Shown: positions 13,035 through 25,706 of the stretch, in pieces | Position numbering within the stretch: position 1 is the stretch's first letter | Layout of the letters: each line of letters begins with the position of its first letter | Assembly (NCBI GenBank): GCA_051294905.1 | Contig: CM119371.1 | Coordinates: 12,464,001 to 12,528,000 of the forward strand | Origin: Botryllus schlosseri | Taxonomy: Eukaryota | Reading direction: 5' to 3' | DNA: 64,000 bases | Position numbers and translations under genes: made by a program | Notes under the pieces: model-generated | The model's database searches: none | Told to the model about the DNA's origin: nothing | What the model saw: only the letters and a program-made list of their open reading frames with translations

Positions 13035-13342
13035 ATGATTTACATCTTAAAGCGGAATATCTCATGCAAAATTTGAAATATCAACTGAGGCAAGATATAA
13101 CACCAGCTCAAAAATTGGACATTTTCACATCGTTGAAAGAAGCTGCCACGCTCGAAATACTAGAAAGTTACGCACAAGATCTTGACTTCTCGAATTATCC
13201 TCTTACACCCGCAATACTGAATACGCTGTGCTCGGTGATTGGAAATCTCGGGAGAGTGAAATCCTTATCGTTTAATAATTGCGGCATCGATGACGATTTG
13301 TTGAGCGTTCTAGCTTCTGAGACGAAGAGACAGTTTATCGAG
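13035..13342 (+). CDS. NLR-like gene, HD2-end / first LRR exon
   Basis: atacag| phase 1 matches the NACHT exon end; LDFSNYPLTP and VKSLSFNNCGIDDD are RI-type LRR segments; donor gag|gtaaaa, phase 0. Confidence 0.85.
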
Positions 13343-14759
13343 GTAAAATTGATTTCATCGTCAGTTCAGTAGATTTAGTACTGGTGCGACTTTATAACAT
13401 ATGTTCCGAGTAGATACAATCTCGCTATACTGTCGTAGTTTATTTGAAGGAATATATCTTGGATCTATTGGTTCAACTACCAGTACTGCCACGATTATTT
13501 GCCGCCATAAATTGGACATCTTCCTTGAATGTAGCGGAGATTAGTCACTGTATCCTAGGGTTGCCATACGTCCAGAATCTTCCCGTTCAAACTGCGTCCG
13601 AGGGTAAATTATAAAATATGCCGGAAGGTCCGGAATGGTGAGGACTTGAAATAGGATCCATTTTTTTCATAAATCAATAAAAACGAGATTATTTTTGTGA
13701 AGATTTATGCTATTTGAAATTGTTTTTCGCGCTAGGCGCGATTTAGTGTCGCATTCATTGATTCCTGGTATGTGAACCAAACCCTTGCAAAACATGCAAT
13801 CGAAAATAAATGAATTAACCATCATTTACTGAAATAGGTCTAATTGTCATCACAATTATAGGAGAATGGTATATTCCTAGAGTGGGGTAAACCGTTTAGA
13901 TGCTTTAGTCAAATGTAGCGGCTGCAAACCTGGGGTCGTTTGTATTTATTATAGGATTCGCGAAGATGTTGAGCGTAATCAGCGTCCAGAATAAGCCATC
14001 AGTAAGTCCAGGCAGAGGTGCTCACCGTTTTACAGTAATCATCTTATCAAATTTTGAGCTGGGCCACAGGACATCTTCAAATTGGAAATGAAGTCGCGAA
14101 TATAAAAGGTTGAAAAGCAACGGGTGTGCAACCAGTTGGAGCGGAGCAACATTTAGGCTAATAAATAATTTTATACGCGTAACATGACATGACTTTACGA
14201 CGTAGGATTACGTTCCTTGTATTTTCGAAGTCATAAACCTCCACCACCTCCCCCGTAAACGATGATCATGTGGGCGGAGTGAGGATCAATATTTTAGAGT
14301 TATATACGGAAAAACCAATAGTATAGCCATATTTCATTCATAAAATTAACGACCAGATGCAAATAGAAATCAGATGTATATAGTAAGCCCCCACCCAGAA
14401 GCTGCATCAATTACCCTATGGTGGACTGAAGATCTTTATTCGGACGGAAGTGGACTGAAAAGAAGTTGTTTCGGTCCTGGTTACTACACACAACCACTCA
14501 AATGCACCGACCCAACATTATATTGACTCTTGATCCGGAACGTAACCACCTCTGTTCGATAGACACAGCTTTGCCAATGTGACGTCATATTGATAAACAC
14601 TGTGTCATGCCCAGGGTTGTCATCGACATGGACCCAAAAATAAGGACAGTCCAAAAATTAGATTAGCATCAAAAGGCGTTGTTGTACATACTTTGTTTGT
14701 ATTTATAGGAGCTGCGGTATATCACATTCAATTCATCTTATTGCTAATAATTTCGTCAT

Positions 14760-15265
14760 TTTAATTCACCGCAAGACTGCGAAACAATGAAAGATAGGAC
14801 GGTGTCGGAACGACTTGTAGTAGTTCCGAAATCGAACCCCCATCTGGCCTAAGCGATGTAAAAAGGAAGCCTTAACACTGAATGAAAAGTAAAAGAAGAT
14901 AATATAACTATGAAAGGACAGATGACAAAAAGTGGGATATGTCGGAAGGCGAGATCGATTTGTCAGGTCCGGTAAACTAGAGGGCTGACTAAGATTCATT
15001 CAGTATAAATTGGTGGTATTTCGACTTGAATGTGGACAGGACATACTCGATGACTGTCGGATAGCCGGCGAGACACTGTTCCACAAATTGTGTCCGGCAT
15101 ATTTGATGGAGCGAAGATCTTTTTTTGCCTACGATATGGTAGTTGGACGACGTGGACGCGCGTCTGTCGTGCATCTTTGATACCGAGGTGAAGTTATTGA
15201 AGTTTTCGGGGCAGTGGCACTGATACATAAACCTGGCAATTTCTAGTTTCCGCATATCTTTTATG
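14760..15265 (-). mobile_element. 5'-truncated LINE (CR1/L2-like) 3' end
   Basis: Frameshifted peptide KDMRKLEIARFMY...SNYHI...KYAGHNLWNS, typical of the C-terminus of non-LTR ORF2, followed by a 3' UTR. Confidence 0.6.
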
Positions 15266-16818
15266 TTTAGACCGAATCATTATAGCAGTGATTTGCTGGG
15301 CACACATTCCGGTCAGTTTGGGGCCCTGGCTGTGATACGGAGAACATGAAGCTGAGGTTTTGCAGAGGCTTCAGAGCGCTAACACTGGCAGCCTCCCCAA
15401 CAGATGATGCCATATTGTTATTTTGATCGGAATACATTTTTCCAGAAACAACCTGCTCCAAGGACTACTTGTTATTAGAAAGTTCCTCGTGGATCTCACG
15501 ACAACTGAGGTCTAGGTTTACCGTGACTGGTGGCTGGGATTTGACTGTCATTTCAATCTTACGTCCACTTTGACAGGCTTGCCGAGCGCTAAATTTAACA
15601 ATTAATGGATAGCTGTATACCGATTACGAGAATACAAAGTTAATACTGCTCATGGCCCTTGAGCCCCCCACCCCCAAAAAATCACCCTCAAATTTTGCAT
15701 TGGGCTGGAATTTGACTTGGTGATGTAACGATGCTGTTTGGCTCTTTCTCTCGAGCTGCACTCTCGTTTTACCAGACAAAATTGTTGTCTCACAATGGAA
15801 AATACGGGATGGTTTTTGGGGTTCCAGGACCACGAGCAGAGTCAAATTTATATTTTCGTAATCAGCGCAGTAGCAGCTTTCCATTATTACCAATTTATTA
15901 ATGTTAGCGCTCGGCAAGCCGGTCAGAAATGGCCGTAAAATTGCCTTTGGCCAAATGAAAAGTATGATGTAAAAACCCAAATACAATGAGCCGTTCAATC
16001 TCGCTGTGTCCACACCGTTTATGACAATAAGATCTCACCACTTAGAAGTCAGATCCTGTGGTGTGTACACGCCGGGCGTTCCTTTTATTTCTGATGAGAG
16101 AGAGAGAGATATGATATTCTTTTTCGCCTGCACCATCGAGATGCTTTGGGGACGGAGTTGCGATACGGCCCCATGAGGTCATCTAGTCTGCGCCCCCGTT
16201 TTTTCTTCTCCATGCTATCCGTGATTGCTGAGCGCCAAGCAGGATAGCAGCGGATACCATTTTTCGAGTCTTCGGTATGACCCGGCCGGGGATCGAAGCC
16301 ACGACCTACCGCTCGAGAAGCCGGAGGCATAACCCAGGGATATATAGAACTCCGGGATGGCTGACTTCATTTTGGCCTTTACCTAAGTAGGTCCAGAAAG
16401 TTACCTGCAATCTGCCTCGAAATATCCACTTTTCTGCAAACTAGCGATACAGCTGTTTCTAGAATAACGATCCTCAACCTTTTGCGGAATAGTCAGTGAG
16501 TAAGCTAGACATTCTTCCCTTATCACAACCTTACTGCTGTATAGCCAACCTCGTAAAGTATGACACTGTTGTATAGCCAACCAAGTAAACTATGACAACT
16601 CTGATTTTCAATAAATCATGAATGTGTTTAATTTCTACACATCATATAATTTGCATCAGGCCATAAATAACAGGGTGAATAACGAATATTATCAGCGTCT
16701 TCTACCTATTTACAAGCCATTGTCGGAAACCTTGCAGCTGGGAAGGGGGGGAGGGGGGGTTAATAGGATTGAATAAATTAACCGTTTCAATTCGCGTTAA
16801 TCGACAATTACCATGGAG

Positions 16819-17226
16819 TATAGGGTTGCATTTAAAACAAACATGTTTAAAACCAGGCCCTTGTATAAAACATAATTTTTTCAAGCCATGACGTCAAGAA
16901 TATTCAATAGTGACGTCATATTGGATTGACATTGACAATTGAAAATATAGTGTAAATATAGCTCCTTTGACGAAATATCTGTGCTATTGCTGTTGAACCG
17001 ACTATTTTGAGGGTTCCAGCCATCCCATATCGATATTCGTCGGCTATATCGGGTGGTAATCGTCCGTAGGCTCATACAACACGTATTTTGGAAAGTATTT
17101 ACACAATTATGGCATAATTTTACAACTTAAAAAGAATTTTTTTCAAAAGGCCTTTGTTTAAAACACTGTTTAAAGCATGTTTTAAACATGGTGTTTCAAA
17201 CACCGTTTGTTTTAAATGCACCCCTA
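16819..17226. mobile_element. MITE (tagggttgcatttaaaacaaac TIR) inside the P-like element
   Basis: TIRs; ccatggag present on both flanks. Confidence 0.8.
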
Positions 17227-17436
17227 CCATGGAGCATTTCCAATAACGAAAAGAAAGCACGGCCTGTAAGGACTCGAAATTGTGATAGCAGCATTGTCAG
17301 CTTCTGTGTCACTAAATGAAAGTTGAATGCACCCCTAACATGGAGCATTTCCAATAACGAAAAGATAGCACGGCCTGTAAGGACTCGAAATTGTGATAGC
17401 AGCATTGTCAGCTTCTGTGTCAATCAATGAAAGTTG
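17215..17436. repeat. Tandem duplication of ~111 bp
   Basis: aatgcacccctac...aatgaaagttg repeated twice, nearly identical. Confidence 0.9.
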
Positions 17437-18346
17437 ATCAAGAAATCAACACACCATTGATACTTCTCTTCAGGTTCAAATGTAGCCAGGCTAGCAGTTT
17501 GGTACATATCATTATCAATTTAAGAAGCATTCGGTAGACCCAGTTAATGAATTCAGCTGATATTTTGTTCACCGAGATATAGTTTCATGACCGCAGTGAA
17601 GAAATTACCACCATGGCTTAACGGTACATCACGAATGGGCCTCCTGAAGCATTTCATGCCATTTATCAGTTAAGAAATATTCAGTATCATTGTCTTGCAG
17701 ATTTTCCGATAGAGCGATAGATGATTCCATGTCAAAAAATCATCTCGGTGAGGAGGCACGAGATCCAAATATTCAGATCGTGGCCATCTTTGCCAAGATT
17801 TCAATGGAATGTGCCCAGTATAATATATCAGGATATCCACCGTTGACGTGATGCAAATGCTGGAACATCGCGTTTGTTTTTCCGGAATCTGCAACAAAAA
17901 TGAACAAATGATGTATTTAGAGACACAAATTAACATTAAGAATCTATATAGATGTATGCAGAGTTGGTCGGTAATGAAGAACTTCTACTTCATTGCAGTA
18001 CTCAAGTAGGTGTTGCCTATTTTCGAAGATACATCTTGTAATTTTGAAGCAGCCATCTCCAAACTTAAGTACCTTGCAGGCATTTCACTTTCTACAGCTA
18101 CTTGAGGAAGTTTGAATACCAGTACGCCCGGGAATACAACTGTTACTTGAGTAGCAATGCAGACTACTTTAACCACATCAGGATTAATGTAAATCGCTCG
18201 CGTATCACTAGAATCAGCCAAACTTACCTTGGGCCGACTGAGGAGAGGTCCATGCGTTATTGCGACGATTTGACTAAACCTTGCAAATTGAAAGCAATCT
18301 TCAGAGTTTTCTCTTCCTCCATCGTACAGGCCTATAGCCTATAGGC

Positions 18347-19159
18347 CAGGGGTCACCAACACGCGGCCCGCGAGATCATTTTTTGCGGCCCGCGACTTGA
18401 TTTGAGATTTTGTAAGAAAGCTAAGAAAACATTTTGAAATGTTGAAATTGACGTTCAATGGCCCAAACACTCCCAAGAGCAAGACTCTTAGAAAACGGTT
18501 TAGGACAGTGGCTCAGAAACCCCCCTTCTGGGGGCGCGAAAGTATCTGAAGGGGTCGTGAAGCTGCGGTAAACTGAAAAAAATTTCGCGCTTCGCGCGAT
18601 TTACCTCGGATTTGTGGTTACATTTATTGCTCTGCTGTATATAATCCGGAATTCATATTATAGAATTCTCTCACTAACTTTCATAACCTTCCATGCCACC
18701 AAACCACCTGTTGGGATTGTTAGTATTATGGATGCATTTTTTGATATGATGATAAGGGGCGTGAAATTTTTCAGTATCATGAAGGGGGCATGTCTAAACA
18801 GGTTTAAGAACCACTGGCTCAGGGCTTCCCCATACGATCAAGCTTTAAGTGGAGATGGTCTTTCAGCTAGCATTGTATCTCGCTAGCCCCCAAAAGCGTT
18901 TCCAGGTATCTTGCACAGCTCAGAGTATGAAATTGAAATTGATGACAGTGATCTTTGTTGTCTTTTTATTCTTTTGATAACATATTACTTCTTTTGTGGT
19001 CACTATACCCTTCGCCTATGTTCGGTAGCACAACGTTGTACTGACATAGAGTTTTAAAACGTGGTTGCCTACTTTATATCGATATTAAATTCATGCGGCC
19101 GGCGGCCGCTTGGAAATTTGAAAAGTGGCCCGCGACCCGTTTTGAGTTGGCGACCCCTG
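18347..19159. mobile_element. hAT Charlie-type MITE containing a smaller MITE (18506-18816)
   Basis: TIR caggggtcaccaac / gttggcgacccctg; TSD ctataggc. Confidence 0.88.
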
Positions 19160-20649
19160 CTATAGGCTATAAGTGTTTATATGGTAAAGACAGTCCGTAT
19201 CTCAGGGTCGTATCGTGTCCTGACGATTGTGTTGGCTTATCCATTCAAGGGAGTAGGCATCTTCATGGCTTCAGTAAGAGCAAATGGTCAACAAATGCTG
19301 TGGCCATATACTGGGAGTCAGCCATTGACAGTTCACAACAGTGCACTTCTGTTGAAGTATAATTCCAGTACTGTAGCATTGAGGTGCCGTTCATTAACAA
19401 ACATATGCCTGCCTTGTTTTACCAGACATGTAACTGATGAATAGTATCTGTAACAAGAGATTGGATTCAACAGTTGTTATGGACACTTACAACTGCAACG
19501 ACCTTGACGTGTTGCGTTTGTATTGGATTCAAATGTTTGGTTATCGTCAATTGAAATGTCTCTCGAATCTTGCACACCGGTGGTGTACTCAGTGGCTCCA
19601 ATTCTTACTAGGAATAATCCAGCAATGATCTGGAATACCGGTAAGCCTGCAATACCAGCACTACCTGCATATTCACATATTAATCTATAGTACAAGATCT
19701 TAACTGTCCCTCCTAACGGTCGCCTTCATAGTTGACACGGCACAGTGTAAATGTACACTTGTACTTAAACAATGTACACTGTACAGCCTTGGATGGTGAC
19801 ATACATTCGCATAACATAGCGGTAAATGAAAAACATACCGCAAGGCGTAATCAAAATCATACTGCGGATATCAATGTTAACGTTGGAAATTAATCTACAT
19901 TTTGTTATCTTCTCACGATTATCAGCGCAGCAAAACATGTTACATAAGATACTACAGAAGCAGAGATATTCCGAAGGCGAGTAAATGACCGTACCGGTAT
20001 ACCGGTAAATTGCTGCTGAAGGAATAGGGCTAATACCGCAAAGTTTCAGACTACCTGAACATCTTATAACCTAGTTAACCTTTAGCTTTATATAATAACA
20101 TAAACATGGATATTATATGCCTCTACCGGTCTCAAAAACTTAAAATTACACACAGATGAAGCGGCTGACCGGAACGTGCATCAAAACTGAATGCGCGAAT
20201 CTGGACCCACTTAGGTAATACCGCGATGACGCAATTGACGCAGTCAGCCATCCCGGAGTTCTATATATCCCTGGCATAACCATTACACTATCTCGCTCAG
20301 TGTGTCATTATCTGATGTCATTAAATCTACCCTTAAAATCATGATTTTAGAATATTGTGGAACACAGATACCAGAGGAAAAAGATAGAAGTTCTGTAGTT
20401 GTTGAAAATAAGACAAAAGACGGACGCAAGTCGAAAATAAGGACATTTCTTAGAAACAAGGACGGTATGGCAACCCTGGTCATACCTCATTTTAAAAATC
20501 CGCTAGTGGGCAATGAAGAGTGTCTAGAATTTGCTTCACAAAAATATGGTAACCCTACTCTTTCCCAATTATTTTTTTAATTTGACGATCCGTTCATAGA
20601 ACACATGAAATGCTTTCCCGCCAGATTATAGTTATAAAGAGGGTAATCT

Positions 20650-22454
20650 TTATGATGGTGTGAACGTAAGTTACACGTTAGCGTTCGGTATGTGAACCCC
20701 TGGAATTTGGAAGTTGGCGTCCACAAACGAACATTGATAAATCTGTACCGGGAACCTGTAATACAATTTTCAAGAAACTATAACGTATTCGGTTGACCAA
20801 TCTCCCCATGGCACTGAAAACATGAAAATAAATTAAACACTGAATATTAAAGAAGCATGCTCCTTAAAAAAGTCGAAAATTATTTGCTCGAAAGTTTGCT
20901 CGGAATATTGGGCTTTCCGTTTTTGACTCTTTAAGGAGTCTCAGCTGTGAGCTTTGACCGCAATCACACCTAATAGAAAGAACGAAACACACCACACGTA
21001 AGTGAATTGGGATTCGTCAATCATGTAATCAGTTATTTCGATCAACGAAATTTTTATGAAGAATGCATTGATGTCTAATTTAAGAAATCTGTCATTCGTA
21101 CGGAATCGATCTTGATTTGACATCCTTTTTTATCTCAAAAACCAAATCCGTCCAATTGTGGTGTTGGCTAATCAATAACTTGTGTTTAAGATAATATTTC
21201 GCGCAAGTATAGAAACCGGTATTTGACTCTGAAGAACACATCCTTTCGGTCTAGCCGACTCCTCGTCGAGATTGCAGGCAGAATTATTTTGTGGAATTAT
21301 TGTAGCTTTTGATTAGTCCAGCTGATACATTTAGTGACGCATAAAAAGTCAGCATGCAGGGGAGATGTGGTACCGATGAGACAGCGGGACAGAAAATACT
21401 TGAGAAATTATCTGTGATAATCCCATGAGTATAGTACGCCAATTTGTCTACAGATAAATGCTGTCAGAATCTTTCCTCACACGCACAAAACTTACACCTT
21501 CGTGAGTTATGTGCCCTGAAACGGATGATTTATGTTTTCGGGAGTGTAAAATAAATTTGGATCGACGTATACATAATTGTATATCACCTCCCACACTAAC
21601 AAACCAGCCATGATTTTTGTAGTGAAGTGTAGAACTTGTATCGGGATATATGAGGCCACATATTGTTTATTTTAATACCATCCTCGAGTGGACTATTTTC
21701 AATTCAATTATAATATTCATAGAGTGGGGCCTATGGTACCATAGCCGCATCATGCAAAATAGTTGGACCAACTAATCACAAAACAACAGAAACACGCTTA
21801 CATATATAATGGCCGCATATCATAGGTAACTGTGGTGATTTATCGCTATAACTAGGCATTTGAGAATCAAATCGTCGATTTACAGGTAATAGGCTATGTA
21901 TGTGCCATTATTTTACGTCTACATTCGAGTTGATAAATCTATTTTATTTGTGAAGGCGGCGACGAAACATTCTTCATTGACTTGCTTTAGCTTAGATTAG
22001 TACACAACAAAACAGGATGTAGAATTTAAGCTTTTGAGCGTATGTTTGATAGGTCCCATGGTCGTGTGCCTTGGATACACCGGGTGGGGACCGATGACAC
22101 GCTCGAGAAACAAATTTTGAACGTTCATAAATATTTTTTGAAGAGGCTGTATTCATGTATTATATGTGCGCGATAGGTAGAGCCTGCATCAAAGTGTTGA
22201 GCCAGAAAAAGATCCGCTATTCTCGGCTGAAGATGTTAGGGCCAAACATCATTTTGAAATTTCTGATCCATCGGTACCACATGTCCATGTTTAGCATTGT
22301 AGCACTCTATTGGCTGAGTCGTCGCTAGTTATCATGTACATTGATATATACCTTCACGGATATATGGGGTTAGCAATATGCATTCACATGACGTAATATT
22401 TTCACGTTCGGGTTCACATAAACCAGAACTACTCAGAAGTTTGTACCATCCCTA
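20650..22454. mobile_element. Degenerate MITE of the tagggatggtgtgaac family, with an internal insertion (~21360-22286)
   Basis: Similar to 41511-44048; right end accatcccta; inner TIR gatgtggtaccgat / atcggtaccacat. Confidence 0.6.
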
Positions 22455-22710
22455 TAACCATGCCATTAGGGTTGCATTTATTACAAAAATCAATATAAAA
22501 CAAAAACGTCTGAATGAAGATGTTATAATGACGTGAAAAATTGTAATACACGTAAAAGCTTTACAGTGCAGATCCTACCAAGGTTCGTTTGTGAACGCGA
22601 ACCTATAAATTTCTAAATTCACACACACAACTCAAACGTGAACTTCTCGTTCGCATCATCCTAATTATTACCCAACGAGGATGGAATAATTTGAGAATCT
22701 TCTTCCCGAG

Positions 22711-22827
22711 ATCGGCAAATTTGATATAAGAAAAAATACAAGCTGGTCAAACGTGGATTCTTGGCTGGAGGTTTTGGAAAATATGGAAGTTTCTATGTTA
22801 CTCATGGATATACCTCGCGATGTACAG
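22711..22827 (+). CDS. LRR-like exon A0 (IGKFDIRKNTSWSNVDSWLEVLENMEVSMLLMDIPRDVQ)
   Basis: 117 nt, phase 0/0, strong donor cag|gtaaag, LxxLxLxxN-like start; DSWLEVLENM resembles DAWRETFQNM of the later cassettes; the acceptor is the uncommon GAG. Confidence 0.6.
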
Positions 22828-22903
22828 GTAAAGAACAAAATTCTGATTTTGAGTGCGCGATTCTTTGGCCATCGCCTGTATACTGTACACCTATATTGTT
22901 TAG

Positions 22904-23044
22904 GAATGTGAAGATATTGTTTTCAAACTTTCAAAAGCAACTGAAAGGACGGTTTCTCAAGTCGAAATTGGTAGTCTGGAATGTCTTCATATAAGCAGTG
23001 AAGAATTCGAAGAAATTGTCAAGTCTAATATAAAGTTGACGAAA
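22904..23044 (+). CDS. LRR-like exon B0 (ECEDIVFKLSKATERTVSQVEIGSLECLHISSEEFEEIVKSNIKLTK)
   Basis: ttgtttag| ... |gtatgt, 141 nt, phase 0/0; follows A0 after a short intron, as in the later A/B pairs. Confidence 0.6.
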
Positions 23045-25374
23045 GTATGTACTGATTGAATTCTTCCTTCAAGAGGTATGCATTTTGTATGTTAGCCAAC
23101 TTCACTGATAACACTGCTGAATACAATACGCAATTCAGACAACAGTAATAAAGTATACACTCCATTAACACTATTATTCAATCGGTACTATGGGACAGTT
23201 TATGCGGGACGAGTCGTAATGAGTCGCTCTCGTTTTAGAAACCTTGTAAAACGAATATGTCAAGTAACGATTTCATATCATGTTAGATCAAACAACTGCG
23301 GATAAGCTCTGATGAGGTAACATTCGTCAAAGAACTTTGGCGAGTAACATTTCAACGGATATCATGCAGTGTTAATCATTATTTTGTCGAACTTACCAGA
23401 GTGGAGCAGGTGACGCGACTGTAAGTTTGAAAGAATGTATTTCGAACAAACTCTATCGTGCTTCAGACAAATATAATTCATCTCAAATCATGGAATGATT
23501 GGGGATTTTGTTATGGCAATCATGGCATCTCTGTCGTCAGTGCCGTAACTGCCTCACCTCACGCCCCCTAATTGGGCATGGGGCGAGCTCGAAGGGGGGC
23601 AAAAATTAATATGTATTCAATAGACATTATATTTTATTTATTTGAAGATTTTTCCAATATTTCCCAAGTTATCTTTGCGTCTGGTTAAATTTATTGTCGC
23701 TAACTAGCATCTGATATAATATGATTTCCCTTGCCTACAAAAAATACTTCTAAGTTAAAGAAATAGGTATTTCGCGTCGGACATTACCGTGTCACAACAA
23801 ATCAAGGCATATAGGAGGGGACTCCGACAATTGTTCTGAATCGCCGGCGAGAAATTATTAGTCGAAAGTAACGCCCCATGTTGACCGAAACCTTTCTAAT
23901 GGCCCAAGTTCCGTAGGCTCCTGAATCCCACGGACAAATGCAACTCGCAGAGAAAACGCTGCGCTTCATCAAGTAATTTCAATTTGACATTGTGTTCGTC
24001 GCACAGAAGTTATCCTTTCAGTTTAGTCTGGTAAGATTGGTTAATTTTACTATCTTTTGCACTATATAGCAAAAGGATGGTCACGGAATAACAACATGCA
24101 ACAAATTCAATTCAATAACGGGCCAGTTTGAACGTGAATAATAATTATTAATTAGTTGCCCTTAATTTTTAATGACATTACTTCGCTCCGTCATGCTGCG
24201 AAATCTGATCATGTGAGCTGAAAAAGAATTAAAATTCATAGGCATATATATCTGAGCACCAATAATATCGAGCGAATTCAATCATGAATTTTAAAATTAT
24301 TGGCGCCCAATGCAACCACACATCCGAAAGACAATGGCATTTGATAACAAGAGTATTCGCGCTGCTTAGAAGTAGTGGCCAAAATGTTATTCGCAACGCG
24401 GGCTTGTGGGTGAATTTCTCTTGAAGTTTGGCTCACCTCCCCATGGGGGATCCGAGATGTACATTTTTTGGTTCTGGACGAAGTCCTGTTTCAGTCTAGT
24501 TCTTGGCCGTTGTGACAAAATCAATTGATTAATTCCGTATTTCCATAAAATGTGATAGTTAAGTGATGAATTCAACAAAATGTGTACTAATTGAGTATAG
24601 TCTGAGTTGCCACTTCGATTTAAATCCTTGTTTGGTAGATTCAAAAGGCATTGCATATGACATGGTCTCATCTAAAGAAAATTTATGATTTCTCCATACC
24701 GTTGTGGGTTCCTCCGCGCGCATCTACCGTAATTACTTGTAATCAAGAGACATCTACTGATTGGGTAACGTCCGATACCAGTCAAAATCTATAGCATCAA
24801 TGTATAGATGGTAAGACGCAACTATGACTGTTAAAATCGTCATTTAAGTAGGATTATTGCAGTTGGTAAAACTCGAAAGCTACAGCAAAAATTGAACTCA
24901 TTCAGAGTTCAAGAAACTTCATTTCTTTCGAGAGAATTCGCGCCGCCTTCAGATGCTTTCATGACCTCAAGCGTGAGAACCACGTAGTGCTGAGGGATAC
25001 AACTTCTTTTATTATGCCAAAACAGACAAGCGACAGTGATATTCGAATCACAAGTTTAAGAAATAAGTGGATTATTGATAACGCTGCATTCGTCTGATTT
25101 CGAGTTGAATTTTCTTTTTGATGTCAATGTGATATTGCGAGTGATAGTAAATTGAAATTCAAGTAATTTTGACCATCATGTTGAGGTTAGTGTAACTTTA
25201 TTTCGTTCCGCTAAAAAGTTCACAGCTATCAGGCTCTTATATTAAAGCATATACATCTTGTTTATCGAGGTTAACCAGAACGTGAACATACGTTCGCTCC
25301 ATCCCTAATGTACGGATAACTGTTGGGCAATGAGTATATGAATTGAAAATATCGACGCGTTGTATCATTTTCAG

Positions 25375-25706
25375 ATCTCTAACTTATGGATGAAGGTTCA
25401 GCTCCATCCATTCGATCCCGATGCATGGCGAGAAACCTTTCAAAATATGAAATGCACCGTCTCCCGTTGCATTGTTGCTCCGGAAACACCAGAGGTAAAG
25501 TTAAATAAATATTCAACTAACTTGACGCCACTAAATCAGCTAGTCCGCAATTACAGTGTGGGAAAATAGACGTGAAAAAATGGATCGAAGCTGCCAAAAT
25601 CGCAGAAATGGGGCCAATTAAGGAAGTTCTTTTGTCTTCCGCTGATGGTATTCCACTCCAAATTGGAGACATCCGACTACTTAATGCAATACAATATCGC
25701 TGGAAG
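25375..25706 (+). CDS. Repeat cassette 1: exon A 25375-25494 + exon B 25557-25706
   Basis: ttttcag| 120 nt |gtaaag; 62-nt intron with ctaac branch-like site; tacag| 150 nt |gtgaat; ISNLWMKVQLHPFD.../CGKIDVKKWIEAAK... Confidence 0.8.

Larger units (their letters stand above)
16335..20273 (-). mobile_element. DNA transposon, probably P-element-like, with decayed transposase
   Basis: Perfect ~32-bp TIR cagggatatatagaactccgggatggctgact; 8-bp TSD gcataacc; minus-strand relics IPSKNW...ERHF (THAP-like) and EYFLTDK...SHGGNF. Boundaries are solid, the superfamily is tentative. Confidence 0.7.
16086..20298 (-). mobile_element. tRNA-derived SINE (16086-16334 + 20282-20298), split by a DNA transposon
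   Basis: Rejoined head GAGCGAGATAGTGTAATGGTTATGCCTCCGGCTTCTCGAGCGGTAGGTCGTGGCTTCGATCCCCGG has A-box TAGTGTAATGG and B-box-like GCTTCGATCCC; (TC)n tail. Confidence 0.75.
14612..20478. mobile_element. hAT-like element nested in the previous one
   Basis: TIR cagggttgtcat / atggcaaccctg; TSD gtcatgcc/gtcatacc. Confidence 0.6.
13556..20557. mobile_element. Old hAT-like (tagggttgccata) element, outer shell of a nested cluster
   Basis: TIR tagggttgccata / tatggtaacccta; degenerate TSD ctgtatcc/ctctttcc. Confidence 0.5.

Noticed and set aside
16270..16334. tRNA gene
   Set aside because: Only a SINE head; no complete cloverleaf, interrupted, and followed by SINE body and (TC)n tail
21454..21501. 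Possible phase-0 exon INAVRIFPHTHKTYTF with gtgagt donor
   Set aside because: Lies inside nested MITE sequence and shows no similarity to the other exons
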